In this document: in pieces, positions 24,201 to 32,402 of the stretch | Layout of the letters: each line of letters starts with the position of its first letter | Position numbering within the stretch: the stretch's first letter is position 1 | Source of the DNA: Paludibacteraceae bacterium | GTDB lineage: Bacteria > Bacteroidota > Bacteroidia > Bacteroidales > Paludibacteraceae | DNA: 64,000 bases | Reading direction: 5' to 3' | Assembly: GCA_045599545.1 (NCBI GenBank) | Contig: JAZRWG010000015.1 | Coordinates: forward strand, 335 to 64,334 | Notes under the pieces: generated by a model | The model's database searches: none | The model's input: only the letters and a program-made list of their open reading frames with translations | What the model was told of the DNA's origin: nothing | Translations under genes and position numbers: made by a program

Positions 24201-25039
24201 CAAAATTCAAACGTCTCCCTTTCTTTGGCTAAAACGGTATTTGGGAACACCTCTTGCGCCTCTTTGAGGAATTGTTCGTGGTCATCCACGCGCGCCGAGA
24301 AGTGACCGATAATCAGTTTCTTCGCTCCCGCCGCTTGGGCAACCATCGCCGCTTGACGCGCCGTGGAGTGCATGGTGGGTTGGCAGCGAGCGATATGCTC
24401 CTCCGTGTAGGTTGCCTCATGGTAAAGGACATCTACCCCCTCTATCATTGTGGCCGTCTTTTTCGAATAACGCGTGTCCGAGCAGTACGCGTAGCGGCGT
24501 TGAGAGTTAACAAAGAACTCACCCATCAGTCCACGTTCACGATGATGCTCGGTGAAAAGGAAACCACACGAAGGCACACTATGGTTGAGCGGAATAGTCT
24601 CCACGGTCAAGGTACGGTCCTCAAAGATAACCGCCTGCTTGCGAGGGTCAATAGCATGGAAGACAACTTCGTAACTCATCCCTTTGCAGTAATAATCAAG
24701 CCATGGTTTCATCAGTTTCTCCAAGTCCGCGTGAGCATAGATATGCAGCGGTTGGGTGCGGTGCAGCATGCCCAAGGTGGAGATGAGTCCAATCAAGCCA
24801 AAGCAGTGGTCGCCGTGCAAGTGCGAAATAAAGACGCTGTACAGACGCGAGGTATGTACCCCCATCTGACGGAGCGTTATCTGTACGCCCTCGCCGCAAT
24901 CGACAAGGAACGACTTATCGCATAACGTCACAATCTGCCCCGAAGGCGAGTTTTGGTAGGTTGGCAACGCACTACCCGACCCTAATATGACTACATTTCC
25001 TTTATTCACTTTAAACTTTAAACTGCTTGACCGCGTCAA
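24200..25039 (-). CDS. rnz: ribonuclease Z
   Basis: ILGSGSALPT, HLHGDHCFGL and HFSAR motifs, collinear with Bacteroides RNase Z. The start is uncertain: the ATG at 25039 overlaps the upstream gene by 29 nt, whereas the GTG at 25009 (VNKGNVVILG) would follow its stop directly. Confidence 0.85.
   Translation of the reverse strand: MTRSSSLKFKVNKGNVVILGSGSALPTYQNSPSGQIVTLCDKSFLVDCGEGVQITLRQMGVHTSRLYSVFISHLHGDHCFGLIGLISTLGMLHRTQPLHIYAHADLEKLMKPWLDYYCKGMSYEVVFHAIDPRKQAVIFEDRTLTVETIPLNHSVPSCGFLFTEHHRERGLMGEFFVNSQRRYAYCSDTRYSKKTATMIEGVDVLYHEATYTEEHIARCQPTMHSTARQAAMVAQAAGAKKLIIGHFSARVDDHEQFLKEAQEVFPNTVLAKERETFEF
25007..25024. repeat. heptamer array (AAACTTT) spanning a gene junction
   Basis: It encodes the last residues (QFKV) of the DUF4954-like gene and, in another frame, LKFKV of the rnz long ORF. 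Confidence 0.8.
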
Positions 25040-26990
25040 GCACTTTATCTCCGAGTTGCGATTTACGCTTGATATGCTCTAGTACCGCTTTAACAAACGC
25101 ATTATTCTCAAACTTACCACGCACGTTCTCAAAGTCTTGCTGTTGCTGCGAGGCATCGCCGTCCACTCCAAAACCGGTTTGGCTATTGAGGTCAAACTCC
25201 TTGCGAGCATCGTTATAGACCATATGATCCAAATCCACCACCGCTTTCTTCCACTCTTGCACCATGGTCAGCACTTGTTCCTTGCTCACCTTATCCACGG
25301 CGCAGCCCCATATCTTTTCCAGTTTATCCGCAGCCCACGTCCATTCGTAGCGGTAGTAGTTGGCATGCATCTCATCCAATCGCTCGGCGATGGTCTGATA
25401 CGTCATGCCGCCTTTCTCTATATCGTCGAGCAGACGAACCACCTCGCTGCGCGGGGCAATCAAACCTGCCAAATCGACCCATTCGCCCGAACCCACCGGT
25501 GCATCCGGCACTAAGGCGCGACGCAGTTCATCCAACGTCTTGGGCGCGGCGTTCTCGATGCGAGTGATGAGCGAGTTACCCAAGAACTTGGTGATTCCGA
25601 TTGTATATAATTCGATTCCGTGGCGCAGCGACGAATTGCGAATCTTGCAGTTCTTATACCCATAAATCTCGGTATTAGCACCGGCCAAATCGCGTATATG
25701 CTCCAGCACCTCGCGTCCGCCCCACATCTTTTGCACGGTATAAGGCGAGAGGAGGTTAAAATTGATATGATCCAACTGGTCGGGGTCCTTGCGGTTATCG
25801 CGCTTGGGCCATTTCTGGGCATCACGGATAGTGCCCACCGTTCTCAGGTTCGCTCCCGGCACGAGGTAACTCTCGGAGTTATTCTCGATGAGATAGGAGA
25901 AGGGCAATTCCGAGGTATCGGCATGATTCGTGTGCCGCCCCATCACGAGGCTGAAAGCCCCTATCTTACTGGGCCATAACAGGTACGAGTCGGACGTGGT
26001 CTTGGCTCCCCTTTCGGCTACGCCTTGGTGAATGGGGCCCAGCTTATACATATGGTTGGACTGGTTACTTCCCGAACCGGCATTGAGGAAAGAGAACATG
26101 CCGGCGATGAGCAGCGTCGATTTATGGTGGGTCACGGTGTAGGGTCCGGCAAAGATAGCCGCCGCCTCGCCGTGCATGCCTTGGCAATTGCTGAAGAACA
26201 GCGATTCGCCCGCCGAATAGTGCTTATCAAACACGCATCCTTGTCCCACAAAGCACTTGTCCACAATCGTGGAATCCAGTATCTCCACGCCCGAACAGAT
26301 GATAAAGTCCACGCACTTAACGCCCGAACCAAGTTTAACCGGCGCAAAGCGGTTGGAGTTGATTGTACCGTTCTTGAGGCGCGAGGTACCGCGCAACATG
26401 GCATAGTCGCCAATCCGTACATTCTTAATAGAGCCGCAATTGAGGATGGTCACATTCTCGCCGATAAAACCCATATCCGAAGCTTGCGCGTCGGCATAGG
26501 CGTCAATCATGCGCTCCAACTGAGCCACCATCTGAGGACGGTGACGATAGAAAGTCAGGATATACGCTAATGAAGCGGACAGACGGTCAAAGATAGGAAT
26601 CTCACGACCGCCGCCCTCGTTCATCACCGCCACGCGAACGCCGTTACCAAAACGGCTCACCCCATCCACCAGCACCGCGTTCACGTTCTCAATACACGTG
26701 TTCGCTCCGATGCGGTAGTTGGCTATGTAGTTATGGATATTGTACAGGTGGCAGTTATCCCCCACCTCACAATTATGAATCATCGCGTGGGTGATTCCCG
26801 AATGCACTTTAACCCCTCCGGGCAGTTCAAACTCGCGTTCGAACACACCGAGGCACACACGCCCCGAGAAATGGGCATCCCGTACATAGAGGGCATTAAA
26901 ACCCTCCTTGACTTGAATCTCTGTCCAATCCTCAGCCGTGCAGTTCTGCGCCTGCAACTGCTCTATCTCTTTTGATGTTAAATTTCTCAT
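25011..26990 (-). CDS. DUF4954-like left-handed beta-helix protein
   Basis: 659 aa. The N-terminus LTSKEIEQLQAQNCTAEDWTEIQV and the hexapeptide-like repeats match my recollection of DUF4954 proteins of Bacteroidota. No search was possible. Confidence 0.55.
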   Translation of the reverse strand: MRNLTSKEIEQLQAQNCTAEDWTEIQVKEGFNALYVRDAHFSGRVCLGVFEREFELPGGVKVHSGITHAMIHNCEVGDNCHLYNIHNYIANYRIGANTCIENVNAVLVDGVSRFGNGVRVAVMNEGGGREIPIFDRLSASLAYILTFYRHRPQMVAQLERMIDAYADAQASDMGFIGENVTILNCGSIKNVRIGDYAMLRGTSRLKNGTINSNRFAPVKLGSGVKCVDFIICSGVEILDSTIVDKCFVGQGCVFDKHYSAGESLFFSNCQGMHGEAAAIFAGPYTVTHHKSTLLIAGMFSFLNAGSGSNQSNHMYKLGPIHQGVAERGAKTTSDSYLLWPSKIGAFSLVMGRHTNHADTSELPFSYLIENNSESYLVPGANLRTVGTIRDAQKWPKRDNRKDPDQLDHINFNLLSPYTVQKMWGGREVLEHIRDLAGANTEIYGYKNCKIRNSSLRHGIELYTIGITKFLGNSLITRIENAAPKTLDELRRALVPDAPVGSGEWVDLAGLIAPRSEVVRLLDDIEKGGMTYQTIAERLDEMHANYYRYEWTWAADKLEKIWGCAVDKVSKEQVLTMVQEWKKAVVDLDHMVYNDARKEFDLNSQTGFGVDGDASQQQQDFENVRGKFENNAFVKAVLEHIKRKSQLGDKVLDAVKQFKV

Positions 26991-27778
26991 CCTTTCATCC
27001 CATTAAACACGCGCCTAAACACGGCCTTCGTATACTCGGGGAAATCCCCATTCATCAGCCAACCGAAGTAACCGCTGTCGCGGCGGAAGACATCGGCCAC
27101 ACGCATGCCCTTGTATTTACCGAAATTGAAGACCTCCTTATGTTCGCTGTCATAGATAACGCGCCCCGCAAAGTCCGCACAAGGGTTCGGTCCTTGCGTG
27201 TACTCGCTGAGTTCGGCCACGGTGGTGGGGATGTCATAGCGTTCCAATTCGGCCATAAGCACCTCGTAGGTCGCCATCGTATCCGCATTAGCGGAGTGCG
27301 CCTCGTTGAGGTCCTTCCCGCAGAAGAACTTATACGCCGCCGTGAGGTTGCGCGGTTCGTTCTTTTGGAAGATAGTGAAGGCATCTATCATCTTTTTGGC
27401 CTTCAAATCCACTTCCACACCGGCACGCAGGAACTCCTCCGCCAGCAAGGGAATATCAAAGTGGTTGGAGTTATACCCCGCCATATCGCTGTCCTCAATG
27501 GCTTTGGCAATCTCGGGTGCTACTTGCTTAAACGTAGGACAAGCCGCCACATCCGCGTCCGTGATGCCATGAACGGCAGTCGCCTCCGCGGGAATAGGCA
27601 TCGTAACCTCCTGCCCCAGCATCATCTGGACAGGACGGATACGGTACGTCTTACTCTCACTCGAACCGTTGGGGAAGAGTTTATAGTAACTAAGCTCTAC
27701 GATGCGGTCGGAACCTATGTTCACACCCGTGGTCTCCAAATCAAAGAACACGAGCGGTCTTTCTAATTGCAGTTTCAT
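26987..27778 (-). CDS. DEDDh 3'-5' exonuclease (DnaQ/epsilon-like)
   Basis: Exo motifs FFDLETTG, GYNSNHFDIPLL and HSANADT. 263 aa. Confidence 0.85.
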   Translation of the reverse strand: MKLQLERPLVFFDLETTGVNIGSDRIVELSYYKLFPNGSSESKTYRIRPVQMMLGQEVTMPIPAEATAVHGITDADVAACPTFKQVAPEIAKAIEDSDMAGYNSNHFDIPLLAEEFLRAGVEVDLKAKKMIDAFTIFQKNEPRNLTAAYKFFCGKDLNEAHSANADTMATYEVLMAELERYDIPTTVAELSEYTQGPNPCADFAGRVIYDSEHKEVFNFGKYKGMRVADVFRRDSGYFGWLMNGDFPEYTKAVFRRVFNGMKG

Positions 27779-28902
27779 TAGTCGTTGAGCAACATCGGCA
27801 TGAGAAGCATCAGTAAGTCTTGGTTGGGCTCATTCTCCATGGGCAGGATCAGTCCGGCACGAGCGGGATCAGCCAATTCAAGCAGCACTTCATTGGAGGC
27901 AATCGAAGCCAGAATCTCAATGAGGAACGGAGCCTTAAAACCAATAGCCATCGGCATGCCCTCGTACGAGCAAGCGATCGTCTCCTCGGCAGAGGTCGAG
28001 AAGTCGATGTCCTGTGCGGAAATCTTAATTTGATTCTCGCTGAGTGCCAGTTTGAGCAGCGAGGTGCCCGTGTTAGCAAACACGGCTACGCGCTTACATG
28101 CGTTCACAATCGTTTGACGATCGACAACGACTTTATTTTGGTTGTTTTGCGGAATAACGGCATTGTAGTTGGGGAAGCGACCCTCGATCTGACGGCAAAC
28201 AATCACCGTTTGACCAAACTCAAAGCGAGCGTTCTTAACGCCGAAGGTGACCTTCACTTCCTCCTCGTCCTTACCCAACACGTTACGCAGAATGGTAGCG
28301 GGTTTCTTGGGCAGAATGAAACTAACCTCTGCACCGGCTTGAACGGAATCGTTGACATAGCGAACGAGACGGTGAGCATCGGTGGCAACCATGGTCAGTT
28401 TGTTACCCGTCAAGTCGAAGAATATACCATTCATCACCGGACGCAGTTCGTCATCGGCGGTGCAGAAGATGGTCTTGTTAATAGCATCTAACAGCGTGGG
28501 AGCCGGAACAGCGAACTGACCGTTTACCTCGTTCTCAATCGGCATTTCGGGATACTCGTTACCATTAGCACCCACAAACGAATAGGTACCGTTGGACGAG
28601 GTGATATTCAGACCGAAATTGTTGTCATCAATCGAGAAAGTGAGGGGTTGCTCACTGAACTCCTTGAGGGTCTCGAGTAAGAGTTTAGCTTGGAAAGCCA
28701 CCTTACCGGCACCTTCGGCATTCTCTACCTCTACCACAGTGCGAATGGTGGTCTCACCATCGGAAGCGGTAAGGGTCAGTTGATTACCGTTGAGGTCAAA
28801 TAACACATCCTCCAAGATTTGAAGGGAATTCTTAGGAGCGATTACGCGTCCTACGGCTTGCAGCTGTTGAAAAAGTTTGCTGCTGGATACATTGAATTTC
28901 AT
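27778..28902 (-). CDS. dnaN: DNA polymerase III subunit beta
   Basis: 374 aa, starting MKFNVSSSKLFQQLQAVGRVI...LTLTASDGETT, with a three-domain clamp length. Confidence 0.92.
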   Translation of the reverse strand: MKFNVSSSKLFQQLQAVGRVIAPKNSLQILEDVLFDLNGNQLTLTASDGETTIRTVVEVENAEGAGKVAFQAKLLLETLKEFSEQPLTFSIDDNNFGLNITSSNGTYSFVGANGNEYPEMPIENEVNGQFAVPAPTLLDAINKTIFCTADDELRPVMNGIFFDLTGNKLTMVATDAHRLVRYVNDSVQAGAEVSFILPKKPATILRNVLGKDEEEVKVTFGVKNARFEFGQTVIVCRQIEGRFPNYNAVIPQNNQNKVVVDRQTIVNACKRVAVFANTGTSLLKLALSENQIKISAQDIDFSTSAEETIACSYEGMPMAIGFKAPFLIEILASIASNEVLLELADPARAGLILPMENEPNQDLLMLLMPMLLND

Positions 28903-28967
28903 AAGTTTGTGATTTAATATATTTTGTTTTTACAATTGACTACTAATAAAAATATACATTTCGGGCG

Positions 28968-28999
28968 CAAAGTTACAAAAAATCTTTCAAATACACAAA
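28968..28999 (-). promoter_or_regulatory. Bacteroides-type promoter (TTTG-20 nt-TAACTTTG) for dnaN
   Basis: -7 box at 28968-28975, -33 at 28996-28999. Confidence 0.7.
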
Positions 29000-29003
29000 T
29001 TTT

Positions 29004-29035
29004 TTTGCAAATTTCAAAGAAAAACCGTATCTTTG
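29004..29035 (+). promoter_or_regulatory. Bacteroides-type promoter (TTTG-20 nt-TATCTTTG) for murI
   Basis: -33 at 29004-29007, -7 at 29028-29035. Back-to-back with the dnaN promoter. Confidence 0.7.
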
Positions 29036-29069
29036 CACCCTCAAATGAGAAAAAATTAACATTTGCGCA

Positions 29070-29966
29070 ATGAAAATCGGTGTTTTTGATAGTGGATTTG
29101 GAGGTTTAACCATCCTACAAAGCATCCGTAAGGTGCTGCCCGAATATGACTATCTCTATTTAGGAGACAGTGCCCGTGCGCCCTACGGTACGCGCTCGTT
29201 CGAGGTCATTTATGAATACACCTTGCAGGCCGTTCGTTACCTCGAGGCGCAGGGTTGCAGGCTAATCATTATTGCGTGCAACACAGCCTCCGCCAAAGCG
29301 TTAAGAACTATTCAGCAACGCGACATCGACCCCGCTAAACTGCGCGTTTTGGGTGTCATCCGCCCCACCGTCGAAGCGGTAACTTTTTTAAACTTTAAAC
29401 TTTCAACTTTAAACTCTAGACACATCGGTGTCCTCGCCACTCCCGGCACGGTGAGCAGTGGCAGTTACTTGATTGAGTTGCAGAAGTTGGATCCGAACAT
29501 CAGTGTCGTTCAGCAGGCCTGTCCGATGTGGGTACCGCTCATTGAGGGCAATGAGATCAACTCGCCCGCGATGGACTTTTTCATTAAGAAGTATGTGGAT
29601 CTGTTGCTTGTCAAGGATCCCGAGATTGACACCATCATCCTCGGCTGCACCCACTATCCCTTGATAAAGGACAAAATAGAGGCGTATTTACAAACCTTAC
29701 CCCCCTACTCCTCTACTCCCAATCCATCATTCCATCATTCAGCGCAGCGGTTCAATCCATCATTCACCCGGCCCCAAATTATCGCCCAAGGGGAAATTGT
29801 CGCCGGCAGCCTCAAAGACTATCTAACGCGTCACCCGGAGATAGAGAAAGAACTGAGCCGTGGCGGTCAATGCGACTACCTCACGACGGATAATTCCGAT
29901 AAGTTTGAGGCTTCTGCCTCATTATTCCTTTCCGAACCCATCCACGCCAACCAAATCGAACTGTAA
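29070..29966 (+). CDS. murI: glutamate racemase
   Basis: IGVFDSGFGGLTIL, IIACNTASA and ILGCTHYP motifs. Two repeat-derived insertions (FLNFKLSTLNS and PPYSSTPNPSFHHSAQRFNPSF). Confidence 0.92.
   Translation: MKIGVFDSGFGGLTILQSIRKVLPEYDYLYLGDSARAPYGTRSFEVIYEYTLQAVRYLEAQGCRLIIIACNTASAKALRTIQQRDIDPAKLRVLGVIRPTVEAVTFLNFKLSTLNSRHIGVLATPGTVSSGSYLIELQKLDPNISVVQQACPMWVPLIEGNEINSPAMDFFIKKYVDLLLVKDPEIDTIILGCTHYPLIKDKIEAYLQTLPPYSSTPNPSFHHSAQRFNPSFTRPQIIAQGEIVAGSLKDYLTRHPEIEKELSRGGQCDYLTTDNSDKFEASASLFLSEPIHANQIEL
29381..29416. repeat. heptamer array (AAACTTT / CAACTTT) inside murI
   Basis: It encodes FLNFKLSTLNS. Confidence 0.85.
29698..29768. repeat. composite array (CCCTACTC octamers, then ATCCATC/ATTCATC units) inside murI
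   Basis: It encodes PPYSSTPNPSFHHSAQRFNPSF. Confidence 0.8.
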
Positions 29967-30001
29967 ATCCCTCATCAAGGTTTATCTTCCGGCGGGGCTT
30001 C

Positions 30002-30073
30002 GTAGGTGCTATGATGCTACGGGGGTGCTACGGGTACAGAGACGGCAGAGTTAGTGCAGGCAGAGAGGCGGAC
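30002..30073. repeat. degenerate octamer array (GTGCTACG... GCAGAGAG), intergenic
   Basis: Imperfect period 8. It ends 5 nt from the stop of 30078..30995. Confidence 0.5.
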
Positions 30074-30077
30074 AAAT

Positions 30078-30995
30078 CTAGTTTTTATTTAGTTCTTCAT
30101 CTAATAAACGAGTAAGTTTTATCGCACCGAACTCGTTCAAATGGTCGGCATCCCAAAAATCGGGTTCGCCAAAATCGGGATGCTTTAACCAATTTAGATA
30201 AATAGTATTGGAATGCTCGTTGGCAAGAGTAGTACAACATTCTATCATTTGATCAAGTTGTTCCTGATCTAATAGTTCATAGTAAGAACGATACGTGGGG
30301 GTTGTGAGTAATACGACTCTAATATTTTTCGCCTCACAGGTTTGAATAATATCCTTGATATAGGTGATGTTCTTGTTTATATCCTCTTGCTTATAATCAT
30401 TATACGTGTGCCGTTTCATAGCGACAGGACCCGTACTTTCCCAATCTTCAGCACGTGTTTCAAGAAAATATTTCGTTCCTCTTCCTAACGAGTCGCAACT
30501 TCTATGATTCCTTTCATAAAACAAGGTATTTATCGTTCTTTTCGGAGCACAAGTATAACATTCAAGAGCAAAACGAGGCCGATATTTAAAATAGGGGCAG
30601 TTATAATAAATAGTATAGTTTTTAACTCGCCAACTTTCTTGACCATTTTCCAACCCTTTATGACGAATAGTAAAGTAACTTATCGGCAAAATAACATATT
30701 CCAGGGAATCCATTTGAGGAACAAACTTCTCAAAAATAAATTTATCAAACAATAAGGATTGACTGACATGAGCCGCATTAAAAGCCGTTTGGGAGAATGC
30801 CGCCGGCTGAATACAGGAATAGCCATGGGATGAACCGAGCGATAGTATTTTTACTTGTTTTGCATGATCCGTCAACCACTGATTTTTATAAGCATAATCA
30901 TTGGGAACAGATCGAAGTGCCACTTCCTTTACTGTCAAATACACACTGAAAGGCAGTACAAATAAAAATACTATTTTGGTTATGAATCTTTTCAT
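30078..30995 (-). CDS. SGNH/DltD-like accessory protein of the MBOAT acyltransferase
   Basis: The start is moved to the ATG at 30995 (MKRFITKIVFLFVL..., ATGA overlap with the MBOAT stop). Contains LGSSHG and DADHLNEFG (SGNH block I/V-like). Confidence 0.55.
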   Translation of the reverse strand: MKRFITKIVFLFVLPFSVYLTVKEVALRSVPNDYAYKNQWLTDHAKQVKILSLGSSHGYSCIQPAAFSQTAFNAAHVSQSLLFDKFIFEKFVPQMDSLEYVILPISYFTIRHKGLENGQESWRVKNYTIYYNCPYFKYRPRFALECYTCAPKRTINTLFYERNHRSCDSLGRGTKYFLETRAEDWESTGPVAMKRHTYNDYKQEDINKNITYIKDIIQTCEAKNIRVVLLTTPTYRSYYELLDQEQLDQMIECCTTLANEHSNTIYLNWLKHPDFGEPDFWDADHLNEFGAIKLTRLLDEELNKN

Positions 30996-32398
30996 CAGAA
31001 TTGGAAATAAATAAATGTCTGTCCACCCGTAGAGTATCGCCAAATTAATAAGAAGAAGCCATAGTAAATAACCATTCTTAACCAACCATACTTGATAAAA
31101 CTGATATCGAAAGCATTATTTTTTGTTCGATTAAGCCACTCTATAGCCATCATCAAGAGTATTGCACAATTGAAAGGGAATAGACCTTCTTGTGTGAAGA
31201 AACGATAAATACAGTGAAGTGTTTCAATTTGCCATAGTCCACCCATATATGCCCACGCATCAGCAATGCTTGGGGCACGGAAGATTATCCAACCCAAAGT
31301 AACCAACGCGAACGTAAGCAACACCTGCGGCAACTGCTTCCACGTGGCAACACCCGAATAAGCCTTGGTACGACCTAAAAGGATAAGCGGAACAAAAAGC
31401 AACGCGTGATACAAACCCCACGTGACATAAGTCCAGTTAGCACCGTGCCAAAGACCACTCAAAAGGAAGATAACAAACGTATTGCGAATCGTTCTCCATC
31501 GCCCTTCTCGACTACCGCCCAACGGGATATACACATAATCCACAAACCATGTGTTGAGCGAGATATGCCAGCGTTTCCAGAACTCTGCCACATTGCGAGA
31601 GAAATAGGGCGTTAGGAAGTTATCACGCAAACGGATACCAAATAACTTGGCCGAACCAATCGCGATATCCGAATAGCCCGAGAAGTCACCGTATATCTGG
31701 AAAGCAAAGAGGATGGCCGCCAAAGCAAGGGTACTGCCACTCTCGTTCGTGTAGTTGTTCCACACTTGATCTACGTAGGTGGCACAGTTATCCGCTACCA
31801 CTATCTTCTTGAATAATCCCCACAGGATACGACGCATGCCATCAACCGCCTCTTGATAGTCAAAGGTGCGTTGACGCCCGAACTGCGGCAGCAGGTTTAT
31901 GGCTCGTTCTATAGGACCCGCTACCAATTGCGGGAAGAAGGACACGTAAGCAAAGAAAGCCACTACATCGCGCGTGGGAGCAATGCGCTTGCGGTAGACG
32001 TCTATTGAATAGGACAGGGCTTGGAAAGTGTAGAAACTAATGCCCACCGGGAGAATGACTTGTAGGACGAGGGTGTTGGTAATACCGAATAAGTCGCAAA
32101 AACTACCCACAAAGAAGTTGAAGTACTTGAAGACACCGAGTATCAGCAAGTTAACCACGATATTGAGTGTGAGCCAGCGTTTGGGTTTGGGCGATTGGTT
32201 TATCAGCAGTCCGCTGCCCCACGAGCAGAAGGAGGTAAAAGCGATAAGAATGAGGAATCGCCAATCCCACCAGCCATAGAAGACGTAACTGGCGAGGACG
32301 ACAAAGAGGTTTTGCCATCTAAGGTGCTTGTTGAGCAGCCAGTAGATGGCAAAGACAATGGGTAGAAAAACAGCAAACTCAATTGAGTTAAAAAGCAT
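30995..32398 (-). CDS. MBOAT-family O-acyltransferase (AlgI/DltB-like)
   Basis: 467 aa and polytopic. MLFNSIEFAVFLPIVFAIYWLL start and conserved WHISL / GLWHGANW histidine motifs. Confidence 0.85.
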   Translation of the reverse strand: MLFNSIEFAVFLPIVFAIYWLLNKHLRWQNLFVVLASYVFYGWWDWRFLILIAFTSFCSWGSGLLINQSPKPKRWLTLNIVVNLLILGVFKYFNFFVGSFCDLFGITNTLVLQVILPVGISFYTFQALSYSIDVYRKRIAPTRDVVAFFAYVSFFPQLVAGPIERAINLLPQFGRQRTFDYQEAVDGMRRILWGLFKKIVVADNCATYVDQVWNNYTNESGSTLALAAILFAFQIYGDFSGYSDIAIGSAKLFGIRLRDNFLTPYFSRNVAEFWKRWHISLNTWFVDYVYIPLGGSREGRWRTIRNTFVIFLLSGLWHGANWTYVTWGLYHALLFVPLILLGRTKAYSGVATWKQLPQVLLTFALVTLGWIIFRAPSIADAWAYMGGLWQIETLHCIYRFFTQEGLFPFNCAILLMMAIEWLNRTKNNAFDISFIKYGWLRMVIYYGFFLLIWRYSTGGQTFIYFQF

Positions 32399-32402
32399 AT
32401 CT

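Noticed and set aside
26972-27766. 264-aa ORF almost exactly mirroring the exonuclease gene on the opposite strand.
   Set aside because: The minus-strand product has all DEDDh motifs, whereas the plus-strand product has none. It is a mirror-frame artefact.
27778-29070. dnaN with a divergent intergenic region, considered as a possible replication origin.
   Set aside because: There is no dnaA gene and no cluster of DnaA-box-like TTATCCACA motifs. The spacer is fully accounted for by two back-to-back promoters.
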